Source: the human T2T-CHM13v2.0 reference genome, Homo sapiens. Taken from it: a stretch of DNA of 64,000 bases. Below the pieces are notes generated by a model. That model worked only from the letters and a program-made list of their open reading frames with translations, did not search any database and was not told where the DNA came from. The stretch lies in the NCBI RefSeq assembly GCF_009914755.1, contig NC_060928.1, one strand, 5' to 3'. This document shows positions 26,506 through 39,476 of this stretch, one piece after another (positions within the stretch are counted from its first letter, which is position 1; each line of letters starts with the position of its first letter). The translations under genes were made by a program, and so were the position numbers.

Positions 26506-29500
26506 GGTATCAAAATTGAAGAGTTCAGCGCATCGCTAGAGCAAACCAAGGTTTCCAAGAGAGAAGCCAAATCTGTCTCGGCCCGTGGAGGCCTTCCTGA
26601 TCCACACATTGAATAGGATGTGTGAGGAAAAAGAAAAAAGAGAGGATTCACTAACTTAGTTCAATCCCAGCTCTGGTTTTGATGTACTTTAAAGTAGCAG
26701 GAGACATCATTTATCCACTGAATTTTTCAGTAAAAATGCTACCGAGTCAAATAGTTTATCAACATTTAATTCATTAGATTACAATAAATTGCATATTTTT
26801 CATAGAGTGAGTCAAGAACAATTTCAAATCATAGTTCTCATAAAGATGTAAAATAGCACAACTTGCCCTAAGGAAACAGGAACATTTTGAAATTTATAAC
26901 ACCTAACAATTTTTGACCAAACAGGGAAGAAAATATGAATAACGATTATGGCCATCAAGATAGAGGTTAAGAAAAGGAAATTTAAGTCAATCCCCTAACT
27001 TTGTATAACATGGGCATGAAAAGAGGAGATTAAGACAGTATCACATCCAGCTTTTGCTCTTTAATGTGAAGATTACATAGAGGAAAATTTTATTTTTTTC
27101 ACTAAGAAAGCTTTCCAAACACTAAAAATTATCACAAATTATGTTTTATATATAACATTATTTCTACTTCCTTTCATTCCCTTAAAAAAAAGATCATCTT
27201 TAATTTTTTCCTCTGTAAATAAGATTTTCTTTTTCATAGGGAATTCAGAGTACCTGTGTTCCAAGCTTAGAAATCATCCACAATTTACACAAATGAAGTC
27301 CACAGTTTAGCCATAAACAATCACACTTTCAGTATTAGTTATATGTGCCAAATCAAAATGTAGCAAGGAAGGACATAACTTCAAACAGAAAATCTGAATT
27401 TATGCCAAAAAAATGTGAAACAGGTTTACCGTTACCCTAGCCTTTCACCAGAGAAAACTTACTTCTTGAACTATTTGGTTTAGCTTAAGCTATAGGCTTA
27501 CATTTCAAAAACACGTATATCAAACGTGAAAGACTGACAGAGGTATTCAAACAAAAGGAATAATTTGCAGTCATTGCTCTATTATGCCATTTCCTTTTTA
27601 ATGCCTGAAATAATATTACAAAGAAAGAGAAGATTTTATAAAATAATCATTTATTTAGGCAATATCATCCTTAGTTTATATTAATCATCCTTTCAATACA
27701 TCTTATTTATATTCTAGTTAAAATTCCCGTATAAGCGTATATGTCTAAACAGGCCATAATAATAAAAAACCTCATCCTTTCCAACTGTATGCATATAAAA
27801 TTAGCTAACCAAGCTTAACTATGCCTTTTTTAACACCAAAAATAAAAATGTATAAAATGAGGAGGAAAGCCTTGTAAACAACTGAGATGTTTTTCCTTAT
27901 TTCAAATCTATGAGTACAAAAGGTACATTTGTTCAAACACTACCTGACGGACCTCAAAAAATCCATTCTTTATTAGTCACAGCAAAATTGCAATGCAATG
28001 ATGTTGTATTTGGAGAATTTTAAAGGATATTGTTTATAAAACTGTTCTTTCCCTTTGTTACTAATATCAGTATGTCTGGATTGCTAGAGGGGTTATTTTA
28101 AAAAAAAAAAGTTGACAATCTTAACAATGCAATTACTTTCATTGTCATTTCAATAACGAATTTATCCGATCATCTGGATTTGAGCAATTCCTGTGGTTCT
28201 AGCTGTAAGAGAGGGAACTTTTTTTCCTCTGAGAAATGAATTGAGGGGATCATCCATGAAGTCTCTAATCACTTCTTTTCTTTTAGAGCACTTGGAACAC
28301 TGTGTCACTGTGTTAGGAGTGATGCTGAAAAGCTGGCAGCCAAAGATCTCTTTTTACTTCATTATTTCCAGTAGACTCTCAGAAAATCAACAGTCTTTTA
28401 TAAAGATAAAACTTTATTTGTGTTGCCCTTCTTCTGCATTACTTTAAAATAGGCTATTTATTATACAAGACATAATATAATTGTCATAAACATGCTCCCC
28501 AAAAAAGTTTCCTGTTCCTAAAATAAGTAATTCTGATTAAATATATAAAACAATACTAATTTTGTGAGGTTTTCAAATTTTGATTTGCTTTGAACTTTAT
28601 CTGCATAGATAAGGTAACACTAAGACCCTTGGGTTGGACATTTAAATAAATATGATTGTTTTTTCTGAAATACCTTGGCAAGATATCAGAGCTACCACTG
28701 AGAACTTGATGATTACAACTGCCAATGACTTTGCCCGACACTGGACAAGAATAAAACAAATGCTTCAATGTACCACGTAGCATTGCCCTGCTTCTTTAAA
28801 ATTACAGTATTATAACTAATTACTCATTCATTTTTCCTTTTATAAAATTATCCTAGTATTTTCCTCCTCTAATATATTAAAACATTTTTAATACAGAAGG
28901 AATCCAACATTAAAATGGATAATAAACTTGTTTCATATATTTCTCTGAGTGTAAACAATTGATTTTTTTAAAAAAAATTATGTCAGACAAATTATATTTC
29001 AACATAAATATTAAAAGAAACCTTTTGTTAAAATACATTTTAGGAGTTGGGAAATAAAATTTATAGGAAAAGGCAAAGTAACTGAATTTAAGCAACTTGC
29101 ACATTAGACGTGACAATATATAATATAATAACTTTCAAACATACAAAATGTCCATACAGAGGAAATAGTGGACAACTATTTCCATCTCTACCTATGGACA
29201 AGGCTAGATGAAATAGGCTTAAAATGCAGCCAGAGAAATTTAAGTTGGATATACGAGTACTGAAGGGTTTGGGCTGGGGATACTGTGAAGACCTCTTCTT
29301 AGGCCTTGGCAGAGATTTCTCTCTATGAGTTATAGTTGGTTCCATTGTCTCAATTATTTCTTCTAACTGTGACTTGTAGACAATACTGGGAATACATTTA
29401 TGAAGAAATAATATTTACTTGCAGTTATATGTGGGAACAATCACTTGAGGACTTTTTCAGGTTATCCTTATCACCAACAATATAGCCTAATGTGTAGTAA

Positions 29501-29584
29501 ACATGCAATTACTATTAGCTCATTATTAAACCAATAAAAGAAAAGTTACATAGGGTGTTCAGTCAAATATCAAGCAGGAAAGGA

Positions 29585-29730
29585 TGTCACAGTAATTAAA
29601 AGCATGGTCTCTGGAGCTGTAGCTAGGATTAAAATCCTAGCTCTTCTACTGACCAGCTGTATGACCCCGGGCAAGTACTTCTATTTTTCTGTGCCCCAAT
29701 TTCCTCATCTTTATGATGCAATATTAAGAA
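29585..29730 (+). mobile_element. MIR SINE
   Basis: ttaaaagcatggtctctggagc...aatcctagctcttctact...tgaccccgggcaagt...ctgtgccccaatttcctcatct. Confidence 0.8.
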
Positions 29731-31140
29731 ATAAGTAAAAATTAGGTATTTGAAAGACTCAAGAGAAACAGTGGAGAAACAAAAATGAGATTAGACTAGT
29801 TTCGGTGAACTTTTAAGAAATGCAAATTAAGTTAATAACATTAAAGTATATGGCACTGTGGCACAAGAGTCTATCCAGCTTCTACATAATTATTTCACTT
29901 AGAAACAATTTCCCATTGCAGTCCCTCAAGTTTATCATTTAACATTTTATAACCTTAATTTCCTTTAAATCTGGAGTGGGGAGGAAATCTACAATAGTGC
30001 CTTTGAAACACTTATATAGCATCTTTTATGTCTTAGCTATTCTTCTGAGCACATTGTCATGTATTTTTCAGGTTTTCAAGAAACCTTTGCAACTTTAACA
30101 TAGCATTTTGAGGAGTAAAAGTGACACCTGGAAAAAGCCATCCATGAGAACTAACTCCCCACAAACTGATCAGATGTCACAACTGTGATTTTTCTTGAGA
30201 GAGAGCAAAACTATGGGTTAAGATGTGTTTGGAAGGCAGAAATCTGACCAAGAGTCTGTCATGAGGAGCAGACATACAGAAGAATGATTCACAAGAAGAC
30301 CTCCTTTCTGTGCATTGAACATCTATCCACAGAGCACATCTTCATTACTAGGGGAGAGCATCCCTCAGCTGACATGGTGGTGGCAGCATGGTCACAACTG
30401 AGGTGCGGCTTCAGAAAGGAGAGCTTTTCAATAGTTAGATTATTACAGGGCCCAACTAAATGCCTCAAATTCCCAGGAATGTAGGTAACAACAATTATGC
30501 CTCTTTCTCTCTTTTCCTCACAGACAAAAAGGTAACTTATGTTGCATAATTATAAAAAATTCCAAAATAAAAATTTGAAATATACAGGACACTTCAAATA
30601 ATACATCTACATGTTTTGAATCATCTTCCTAAAGCCCAAATATTGTTGTTGTGTACCCAGGCACAGTAGGGAGCTGATCATTACAAATGACAGCAACAAC
30701 ATTTTAAAATTATAAATCTTAAGAATATTTAAATAAATGTATAGCAACTGATAAAATTGAAAGCAAAATGTATACTAACTTAATTTATATTTTATTAGCA
30801 GATATTTGTCTTTTAAAACTGTTTATTAGTAAATTTAAATTATGTAAAATTTTGCATGTATATCTTAGGATGGCAGATATATCTTGAGGTCATATTATTC
30901 CCCTTATTTGCAGGTAGAGTCAAATATCCATTTTTTTGTTGGCTTCTCATCCTACTGACTTTGTATTAACTTGACTTGTATTCATTATTTAAATTAAAAA
31001 TGAAATGGAAATTCCATAATGGGAATTACCTCCCATTGTTAGATTTAAGTTTCAGTCAACAGAATCTCTCATTTTCATCAAGAAATTTTTTAAACGCGTG
31101 GGCACAATATTCCTATTCTTTCTTTTAAAAACTCAACTCC

Positions 31141-31201
31141 TGCACTTCAGCTTAAGCAACAGAGTTAAGACCCTGTCTTAAAAAACAAAACAAAACAAAA
31201 T
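31141..31201 (+). mobile_element. Severely 5'-truncated Alu (J-like 3' end plus tail)
   Basis: tgcacttcagcttaagcaacagagttaagaccctgtctt plus A-rich tail; TSD aaaactcaactcc (31128-31140) / aaaactctactcc (31202-31214) after a TTTT/AAAA site. Confidence 0.8.
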
Positions 31202-34200
31202 AAAACTCTACTCCATCATAATTTTGTGAGTGAATCTACATCAGCTTATAGCTTCAGAACATATAATGTTTCTACCATCAAGATTAGCTAGACTGAATTT
31301 GGCCAATTCAGTGCAGCATTCTCTGCTGAGTTTAATTCAATTATGGATAAGAATTCAGTCATAGTCTTGGAAAAAATGACAAGAAAATCTTCTGATTTTG
31401 TAGGATAAAAACATGCTTTTGAAAAATACAAACTATATTTTCTACCTCCTTCCTTTATAGTTAACTCAGGCTCTACTTAAGTCCATTATGTTTTATTTTT
31501 TGCCTGATTATTATACTAACAATTTTTTCTTTCAAATATTGCCCACAGAATTATTTCTGAATTTATTTCGATGCTGATATGCCACAAAGAAGGAATCACA
31601 CTGATTGTGCTGCAAAGTAAAAGAAAAAAGGGAGCATAAATGACCCTTTATTGAGCTTTTAATATAGCCTAGTGCCCTTGCTCTGCTACACGTTTCTCTC
31701 CAAGCCATGTGAGGAGTCCACTCTATGTAAGAACACATGGAGGTGAATTATATGAAATCAGGAGTTTAGACTAAGCAAGAGACAAAATCATGAGAAATGG
31801 TTAATTGCTCTTCTTTCTAAGTAAACAAAAAACAATAAATGTCATCAAGGCTATCTCTCTTTCCTTAAAGTTATATTTGTTATTAGCATACTTCTGATAT
31901 AAACTGGTTTTCCTTTCAGAGAAGCGTAATCATTGGAGGAAATGTTTGTCTTTGGGAAAAAAAAGAAAAAAACGGGAAGTTGTACTTCAGGAAAAAATTA
32001 GTCCTCAGAAAAAGGGAACAATATGTCTGCATTTTTGGCTATTGTTTCAGCTTATGTACATGTTTCTGCTTACCTTCTTGAAAGAGAAACAAGTTATTCA
32101 ATGTTACGTATGAATCAAAGATCAGATTACTCAGAATCCTGAAAAATAAATTGTGACTGTACATATTCTTTATCCATTTTTAGTAAATGCTTGTATTTTT
32201 ATACAGTTATGCATCCTGATCTGTTGCCATTCAATGTTGTTTTGTACAATTTATAGATATCACCACAGGTTTTGTGAGATTGACAAGCAATCTAAAAATA
32301 AATGATTCACGGATGAGTGTTCAAGATGGGTGACTAGATGCAGCTGAGACACACCTTTTTCATGCAGAGGAACCAAAATATTGAGTAGTTGTTATTCACA
32401 CTACAAACAGATCATCTGAGAAAGAACACTGGAATTCAACAGAGAAGCAACAGGAGACACCAAGAATGAGGAAAGGGGGTGCACGGCTGCCTGTTCAGCA
32501 GGATTGCTAGGAACTGGAAGCAGCCACTTGACCCAGGGAAGGGGTAAGTAACAGAACCTTGGGGCTCCACATCCCTATCATGGACTTTTGCATTCCTAGC
32601 TACAGGAGAGCTCCTCAACCCTCGCTGGCCTCCAGACAGACATAGGGAGCTCCCTTGAGATCACACAGAGGCACTGCTCAAACTCACATGGAGTCCCACA
32701 GGCTCCTGAGCAGTGGGAAGCTGCAGCAGTACCATTCTGGTAAGACATTCCCCAGGGTTCTGCATCCTGCCCTAAGGCTGTTGCTGCCAGCTGTCAAACC
32801 AGGGAGGGGGAGGAGAGGCAAGGTACTCACACACGCCAAGGACAAATTCCTCTGCCACTGCCACAGACTGCTGCAGGACCAAGGCACATTCAGACCATAT
32901 GCTGCATGCCTGCCGGCCTCTCCAGAAGCTTCCTATCTGGCCATTCCCATGGAAAGGGCCGACCCTTCCTGGTGGCAGATCCACAAGGCAGCTGTTGTTG
33001 CCCTGCCTGAGTGTTCCTCCAGTGGCCTGGGACCAGCCTGCCCCTCTCTGTCACAGCTAGTGCTTGAGTCAAGAGGTCCTGAGAATAAGTTCACTGCTCT
33101 GATCCCATCAATCCTGGTCTCGGGCCCTCCTTCCGGGGATATGAGAATGAGATTTGCAATCTGTTCTCAACCAGGAGAGGAGCCCCCATGGTCAAAACTG
33201 GGAAGACAATGTGGCGCAGGTTCCTGCTGCAACAGTGGAGCTTAGCACCCCTTCCTTCACAAGACTGGACTGGGAAGGGTATAGCCTGAAAGCTGCGCTT
33301 TCTGCCCTGGGAATGCAGTCTCACAGCCTGGGATAGCTTCATGATCTGAATGCAGACTGCTTGGGACAGGGCTAGCCGTTCTGGTCTGCTGCCAGCAGCT
33401 AGACACTGAAGGGAGACCCACTGGTTTGGGGGCTTATGTGGGTCCCACTGGCACCTGGTGGACTGTGGCTTCTTGGCAAGCCATGTCCCCAGAGCAGCCT
33501 CCTGAGCACAATAAAAGTGCCTCTTAACCACCTTGGAAATTTGCCCCAGAGGCCTGAAAGTTGTTTCCTAACCATTCAGGGTCAGCAATTGTGCCTGCCA
33601 TTGGAAAGCCTGGACAGAGGCTTGCCCAACCCAGTAGTTGTGCCCAGCTTTGCCCTCTCCACCTATCTTGGTGTCAGAGCATGGAATGAGACTGGTGAGA
33701 GTTCCATGGCCTCACCCATCGCCCAGACATCTGAGTACTTCTGATTATCAAAAGCCAGGCATAAATCCCACTGGGATCACTGCAGCTGCCTCTCTCCTGC
33801 AAGCAACACCTCATGGCTGGGAGGTCAATCTGTACAGCCCATTACAACCTCAGCTAACACAATTACACAGCACTTGGCTGGTTCTTACCTGCAGTGTCAC
33901 CTACTGGCCTGGATATCAAAATTCACAACCTAATAAAATTGCTAACAGAAGTGCACAGGACTGGAGAACAAGATAATCTTTCCAACACCCCCACCTCACC
34001 ATATCTGCAAGAGGCAGTAAGCCTACTCACACACCCAGCACACTGCTACTACAACCTACAAAAACAAAAAAACAAAACAAAAAAAAAACAGAATTTGAGA
34101 AAACCACCACACTAAGACTATCTATCTATAACCAAGGAATTTATACAAAGCCTTGGCCACCTAAAAGCAGAATAAAAACCAAAGCCAAAAGACTCTACCT

Positions 34201-37200
34201 AATTAATGAACAGTTGCATCTGCAAGGGAAGGAAAAAAGTCCCATTCAAGCAAAAGTCAATTCAAAAATAAGAAGTGATACTTTCTCCAGGTAAAAAGAA
34301 ACTAACATAAAATGTCTAGCAGATGTTTTGACATTCCCCAATGGATAATACTAGCTCTCTATCAATGCATTCTAATCCAAATGAAAATTCTGAAATGACA
34401 GATAAATAATTCAAAATATGAATTGTAAGGAAGCTCAATGAGATCCAGGGAAAGATAAAAGCCAACACAAAGAAATCAGAAAAACAATACAGTTTATGCA
34501 TAAAAATTAAACTAAAGAGATCAATATTTAAAAAAACACAACTTCTGGAAATAAAAATTTATGGAAAAAATTTAAAATTATAATTGAAAGCTTTAAGAAT
34601 AGACTAGACCAAGTGGAAGAAATAATTTTAAGCTGGAAGACAGGTCTTTTGAATTTATGTAGCCAGACAAAAATAATGAAAAAAAATTTTTTAATTAACA
34701 AAGCATTCCAATACAAGAAATATGCAACTATGTAAAGCGGCCAAACATGAGTCACAGCTATTCCTGAGAGAGAATAAGTAAAAATAAAAAGTTTGGAAAA
34801 CCTATTTGAGGGAATAATTTAGGAAAAATAGTCTGGTCTTGCTAAAGATTTAGACATCCAGATACAAGAAGCTCAAGAAATAGCTGGAAGATATATTGCA
34901 AAATGAACTTCACCAAGACATGTCATCATCAGACTACCCAAAGTCAATACGAACAAAAACATTCTAAAATCAGCAAGAGAGAAGCATCTAATAACTTACA
35001 AAGGAACCCCGTAATACTAGCAGTAGACTTTTCAGCAGAAACCTTACAAGCCAGAAGAGACTGTGGTCATATTTTCAGCCTTCATAAAAAATACATGAAT
35101 AAAAATAAAATAAAAAACTGCTAGCAAAGAGTTTTGTATCCTACTAAACTAAGCTTCATAAATGGGGGAAAAATAAAGTCTTTTCCAGACAAGCAAATGC
35201 TAAGGGAATTTGTCACCACTAGCCCATATCTACAAGAAATGCTCAAAAGAATCCCAAGCGTGGAAACAAAAGGGCAACACTTGCTGTCAAAAAAAAAAAA
35301 AAAAAAAAGGAAAGAATAAAACATTCTTAAAAAGCATTTACACAATTAAGTCCACACAGCAACTAGGTAACTATTAGTATTGTGACAGGACTAGAACCTC
35401 ACAAGTCAATAGTAACCTTGAATGCAAATGAACTACATACTGCACTTAAAAGATATAGACTCATGGAATTAATTCTTTTAAAAAAAGATCAAGCCATATG
35501 GTGTTTACAAGAAACCCACCTAACTGGTAAAGATATTCATAAAGCCAAAGTCTGCAATTTTTCCTCAAAGGGCTGGAAAAAGATATTCCATGCAGACAAA
35601 AATAAAAAGCGAGCAAGAGTAGTTATATAACATAAAGCAGGCTTTAAATCAACAACAGTAAAAATAGATGAAAGGGTCATTATATAATGATAAAAGGATT
35701 AATTCAATAAGATGTAACAATCCTAAATGCTTATGCACCCTATACCAGAGCACTCAGATCTATAAAACAAATACTACTAGTACTAAGAAAAGAGATGGAT
35801 CACAGTACAATAATGGTGGGGGACTTCAACATCCCACTGAGAGCACTAAACATTATCAAGAAAGAAAATCAACAAATAAACTCTGGACTTAAATTGGACT
35901 CTAGACCAAATGCACCTACTAGACATTTACAGAACACTTTACATAACAATTGCAAAATATACATTCTTCTTATATATGAATGGAACATTCTCCAAAATAG
36001 ATTATATGACAGGCCACAAAGCAAGTCTCAATACATTTTAAAAAACATCAAAATCATGTCAGGAGTCTTCTCAGACCACAGTGGAATAAAACTGGAAATT
36101 AATACCAAGAGGAACTCTGAAAACTAAACAAACACATTGAAATAAAACAACCTAGTCCTGAATGATCATTATGTCAACAATAAAATTAAGACAGAAGTTT
36201 TTTTGTTTAATATTGTAACAAATGAAAATACAAACAAAATATATCAAAAATATCAATACAAATACAAATACAATACAAAATACAAACACAATATATCAAA
36301 ACTTCTGTGGTACAGCAAAAGCAGTGCTAAGAGGGAACTTTATAGTGTTAAATGCCTAGATCAAAACGATAGAAAACGCTCAAATTACAAACCCAATGTC
36401 ACACCTCAAGGAACTAGAATACCAAAATAAGCTAACCGAAAGTTTTAAGAAGAAAAAAAAAAAACAAAGACGAGAGCAGAACTAAATGAAATTGAGACTA
36501 AAAATAAGGAACAAAGGATCGATGAAACAAAAAGTTAGTTATTTGAAAAATAAATAAAGTTGATAGACTGCTAGCTAGATTAACCAAGAAAAAGAGAAGA
36601 GTCAAATTAAGCATAACCAAAAATGATAAAGGTGACATTACAACTGATACCACAGAAATACAAATGATCATCAAAGGCTACTATGAGCATCTGTAGGTGC
36701 ACAAACTAAAAAAATTATAAGAAATGAATGAATTTCTGAAAACATACAATGTAGCATTGTTGAACCAGGAAGAATAGAAATCCTCAAAAGACCAGGAATG
36801 AGTAGTGCAATTGAATCAGTAATAAAAAATCTCCTAACAAAACAAAGGCCAAGACCAGATGGATTCTCAGCCAAATCCTACCAGATATACAAAAAAGAAC
36901 TGTTACCAATTCTACTGAAACAGTTTCAAAAAAATTGAGGAGAAGGGAATCTTTCCTAATTCATTTTACAAAGCCAGTATCAACCTGATACTAAGCCAGG
37001 AAAGGTCACAAGAAGAAGAAAGAAAACTACAGACCAATATCCCTAATGAATATAGATGCAAAAATCCTCAACAAAATTCTGGCAAAACCAATTCAACAGC
37101 CCATCAGAAAGATAGTACACCATTATCAAGCGTGTTTTATCCCAGGGATGTAAGGATAATTCAACATGCACAAATCAATAAATGTGATTTACCACATAAA

Positions 37201-37952
37201 AAGAATTATAAACAAAAAGCTTCTGATCATCTCAATGATGCATAAAAAGCATTCAGTAAAATTCAGCATTGCTTAATGATAAAAACTTTCAACCAACTAG
37301 GCATTGAAGGAATATACATCAAAATAATAAAAGCCACATATTACAAACCCACAGCTAACATCACACTGAATGATGTTAGGGGGAAACCTGAAAGCGCTCC
37401 CCCTAAGAACTGAAACAAGTCAAGCGTGCCCACTTTCACCCAGCCATAATCCACACAGTACTGGAAGTTCTAGCCAGATCAATCAGGCAATAGAAGATAA
37501 CAAAAGGCAGCCAAACTGCAAAAGAGCAAATCAAATTATCTCTGTTCGCTGATGATAAAATCTTGTACCTAGAAAACCCTAAAGACCCTTCCAAAAAATT
37601 CCCAGATTAGATAAATAACTTCGGCAAAGTTTCAGAATACAAGTAACATGTACAATAATCAGTAGCATTTCTATATGCCAGTAACAATTAAGCTAAGAGC
37701 CAAATAAAGAATGCAATCTTATTTACAATAGCCACAAAAATAAAATAAAATACCCAGCAATGCATTTAACCAAGAGGTAAAATATCTCTACCAGGAGAAC
37801 TACAAAACACTAATGAAAGAATTTGCAGATGATACAAACAAATGAAAAACATCCCATGCTCATTAATTAGAAAAATCAATATTTTTAGAATGAACATACT
37901 CCCCAAGACAACCACCTACAGACTCAACAGAATTCCTATCAAATTACCAATG

Positions 37953-38270
37953 TTTTCTTTTTAATTTTTTATTTCCATAGGTTTTGGGGGAACACATTGT
38001 ATTTGGTTACATTGGTAAGTAATTATAGTGGTGATTTGTGAGATTTTGGTGCACCCATTACCTAAGCAGTATACACTGAACCCAATTTATAGTCCCTCGC
38101 CTCTCCCACCCTTTCCCTTGAGTCCCCAAAGTTCATTTTATCTTTCTTATGCCTTTGCATCCTCATAGCTTAGCTCCCAATTATGAGTGAGAACACACAA
38201 TGTTTGGTTTTCCATTTCTGAGTTATTCACTTAGAATAATAGTCTCCAGTTCCACCCAGGTTGCTGTGAA
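37953..38270 (-). mobile_element. 5'-truncated L1PB1-like 3' end inserted antisense into the L1PB ORF2
   Basis: T-tail, then tttccataggttttgggggaaca...gtggtgatttgtgagattttggtgcaccc...atgcctttgcatcctcatagcttagctccca; the host ORF2 resumes at about 38275. Confidence 0.82.
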
Positions 38271-39426
38271 TTTTTAAAAAATCTTAATGTTCACATGGAA
38301 ACAAAAAGGAACCTGAATAGCCAGAGCTATCCTAAGCAAAAAACTAAACCTCGAGGCATCATATTACCTGACTTCAAATTATACTACTAGAATACTATAG
38401 TAACCAAAACAGCATGATACTGATATAAAAATAGACACATAGATCAATGGAACAGAATAGACAACACAGAAATAAAGCTACATATCTACAATCAACTGAT
38501 CTTCAACAAAGTCAACAAAAATACACACTGAAAAATAAACACCCTATTCAACAAATGGGGCTAAGAAAACTGGATAGCTATATGCAGAAGAAGGAAACTG
38601 GACCCCTATTCCTCAACATATATAGAAATTAACACAAGATGAACTAAAGACTTAAATGTAAGAACTGAAACTGTAAAAATCCTAGAAGAAAACCTAATAA
38701 AACTCTTCCGGACATCGAGCGAGGCAAAGAATTTATGACTAAGTTCTCAAAAGCAAACACAACAAAAACAATAATAGACAAATAAGACTGAATCAAACTA
38801 AAAGCATCTGCACAGAAAAATTAATAATCTATGTATTATTAGGTTGTAAACAGACAACCTACAGAATGGGGGGAAATATTGGCAAACTATGCATCCAACA
38901 AAAGGCCAATATCCAGAAGCCACAAAGAACTAAAACAGCTCAGCAAGCTCAAAACAAGCAATTCTATTAAAAAGTGAACATATATTTTTCAAAAGAAGAC
39001 ACACAAGCAACCAGCAAACATTTTAAAAAAAAGTTTGACATAACTAATCATCAGAGAAATGCAAATTAAAACCACAGTGAGATACCATCATACACCAGTC
39101 AGAATGGCTATTATTAAAAAGTCAAAAATAACATGTGTTGGTGAGGATGCAATGAAAAGGGAATGGTTACATGCTGTCAGTGGAAATGTAAATTAGTAAA
39201 AACCTCTATGGAAAACAGTATAAAGATTTCTCAAAAAAACTGAAAATAGAGCTATCATTCTACACAGCAATCCCCCTGTGGGGTATCTACCGAAAGGAAA
39301 AGAAGGCATTATATAAAAAAGACTCCTCCACATCTATTTTTAATACAGCACTATTCACAATAGCAAATTTATGAAATCAACCTAGGTGTCTGTCAGCAAA
39401 CGATTAGATAAAGATGTGGGGTGTGT

Positions 39427-39428
<2 letters not shown>

Positions 39429-39474
<46 letters not shown>
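39429..39474. repeat. (GT)n microsatellite inside the L1PB 3' region
   Basis: About 23 perfect GT units. Confidence 0.95.

Positions 39475-39476
<2 letters not shown>

Noticed and set aside
26510-26620. Short CpG-containing stretch and ORF 26317-26616
   Set aside because: The ORF is a chimera of L1 antisense, LTR and flank; too few CpGs for an island and no recognisable protein.
29621-29642. Perfect 10-bp hairpin agctaggatt-aa-aatcctagct
   Set aside because: Falls on the semi-palindromic B-box region of a MIR; too short to support a structured RNA.
30895-30920. Possible recursive splice site ttgcAG|GTagag
   Set aside because: Weak donor, and it resembles a degenerate MIR core (attatccccattttacagatgag).
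32655-33976. Cluster of 100-196 aa ORFs on both strands
   Set aside because: GC-rich 5'UTR of the L1PB-like element; overlapping frames with no protein similarity.
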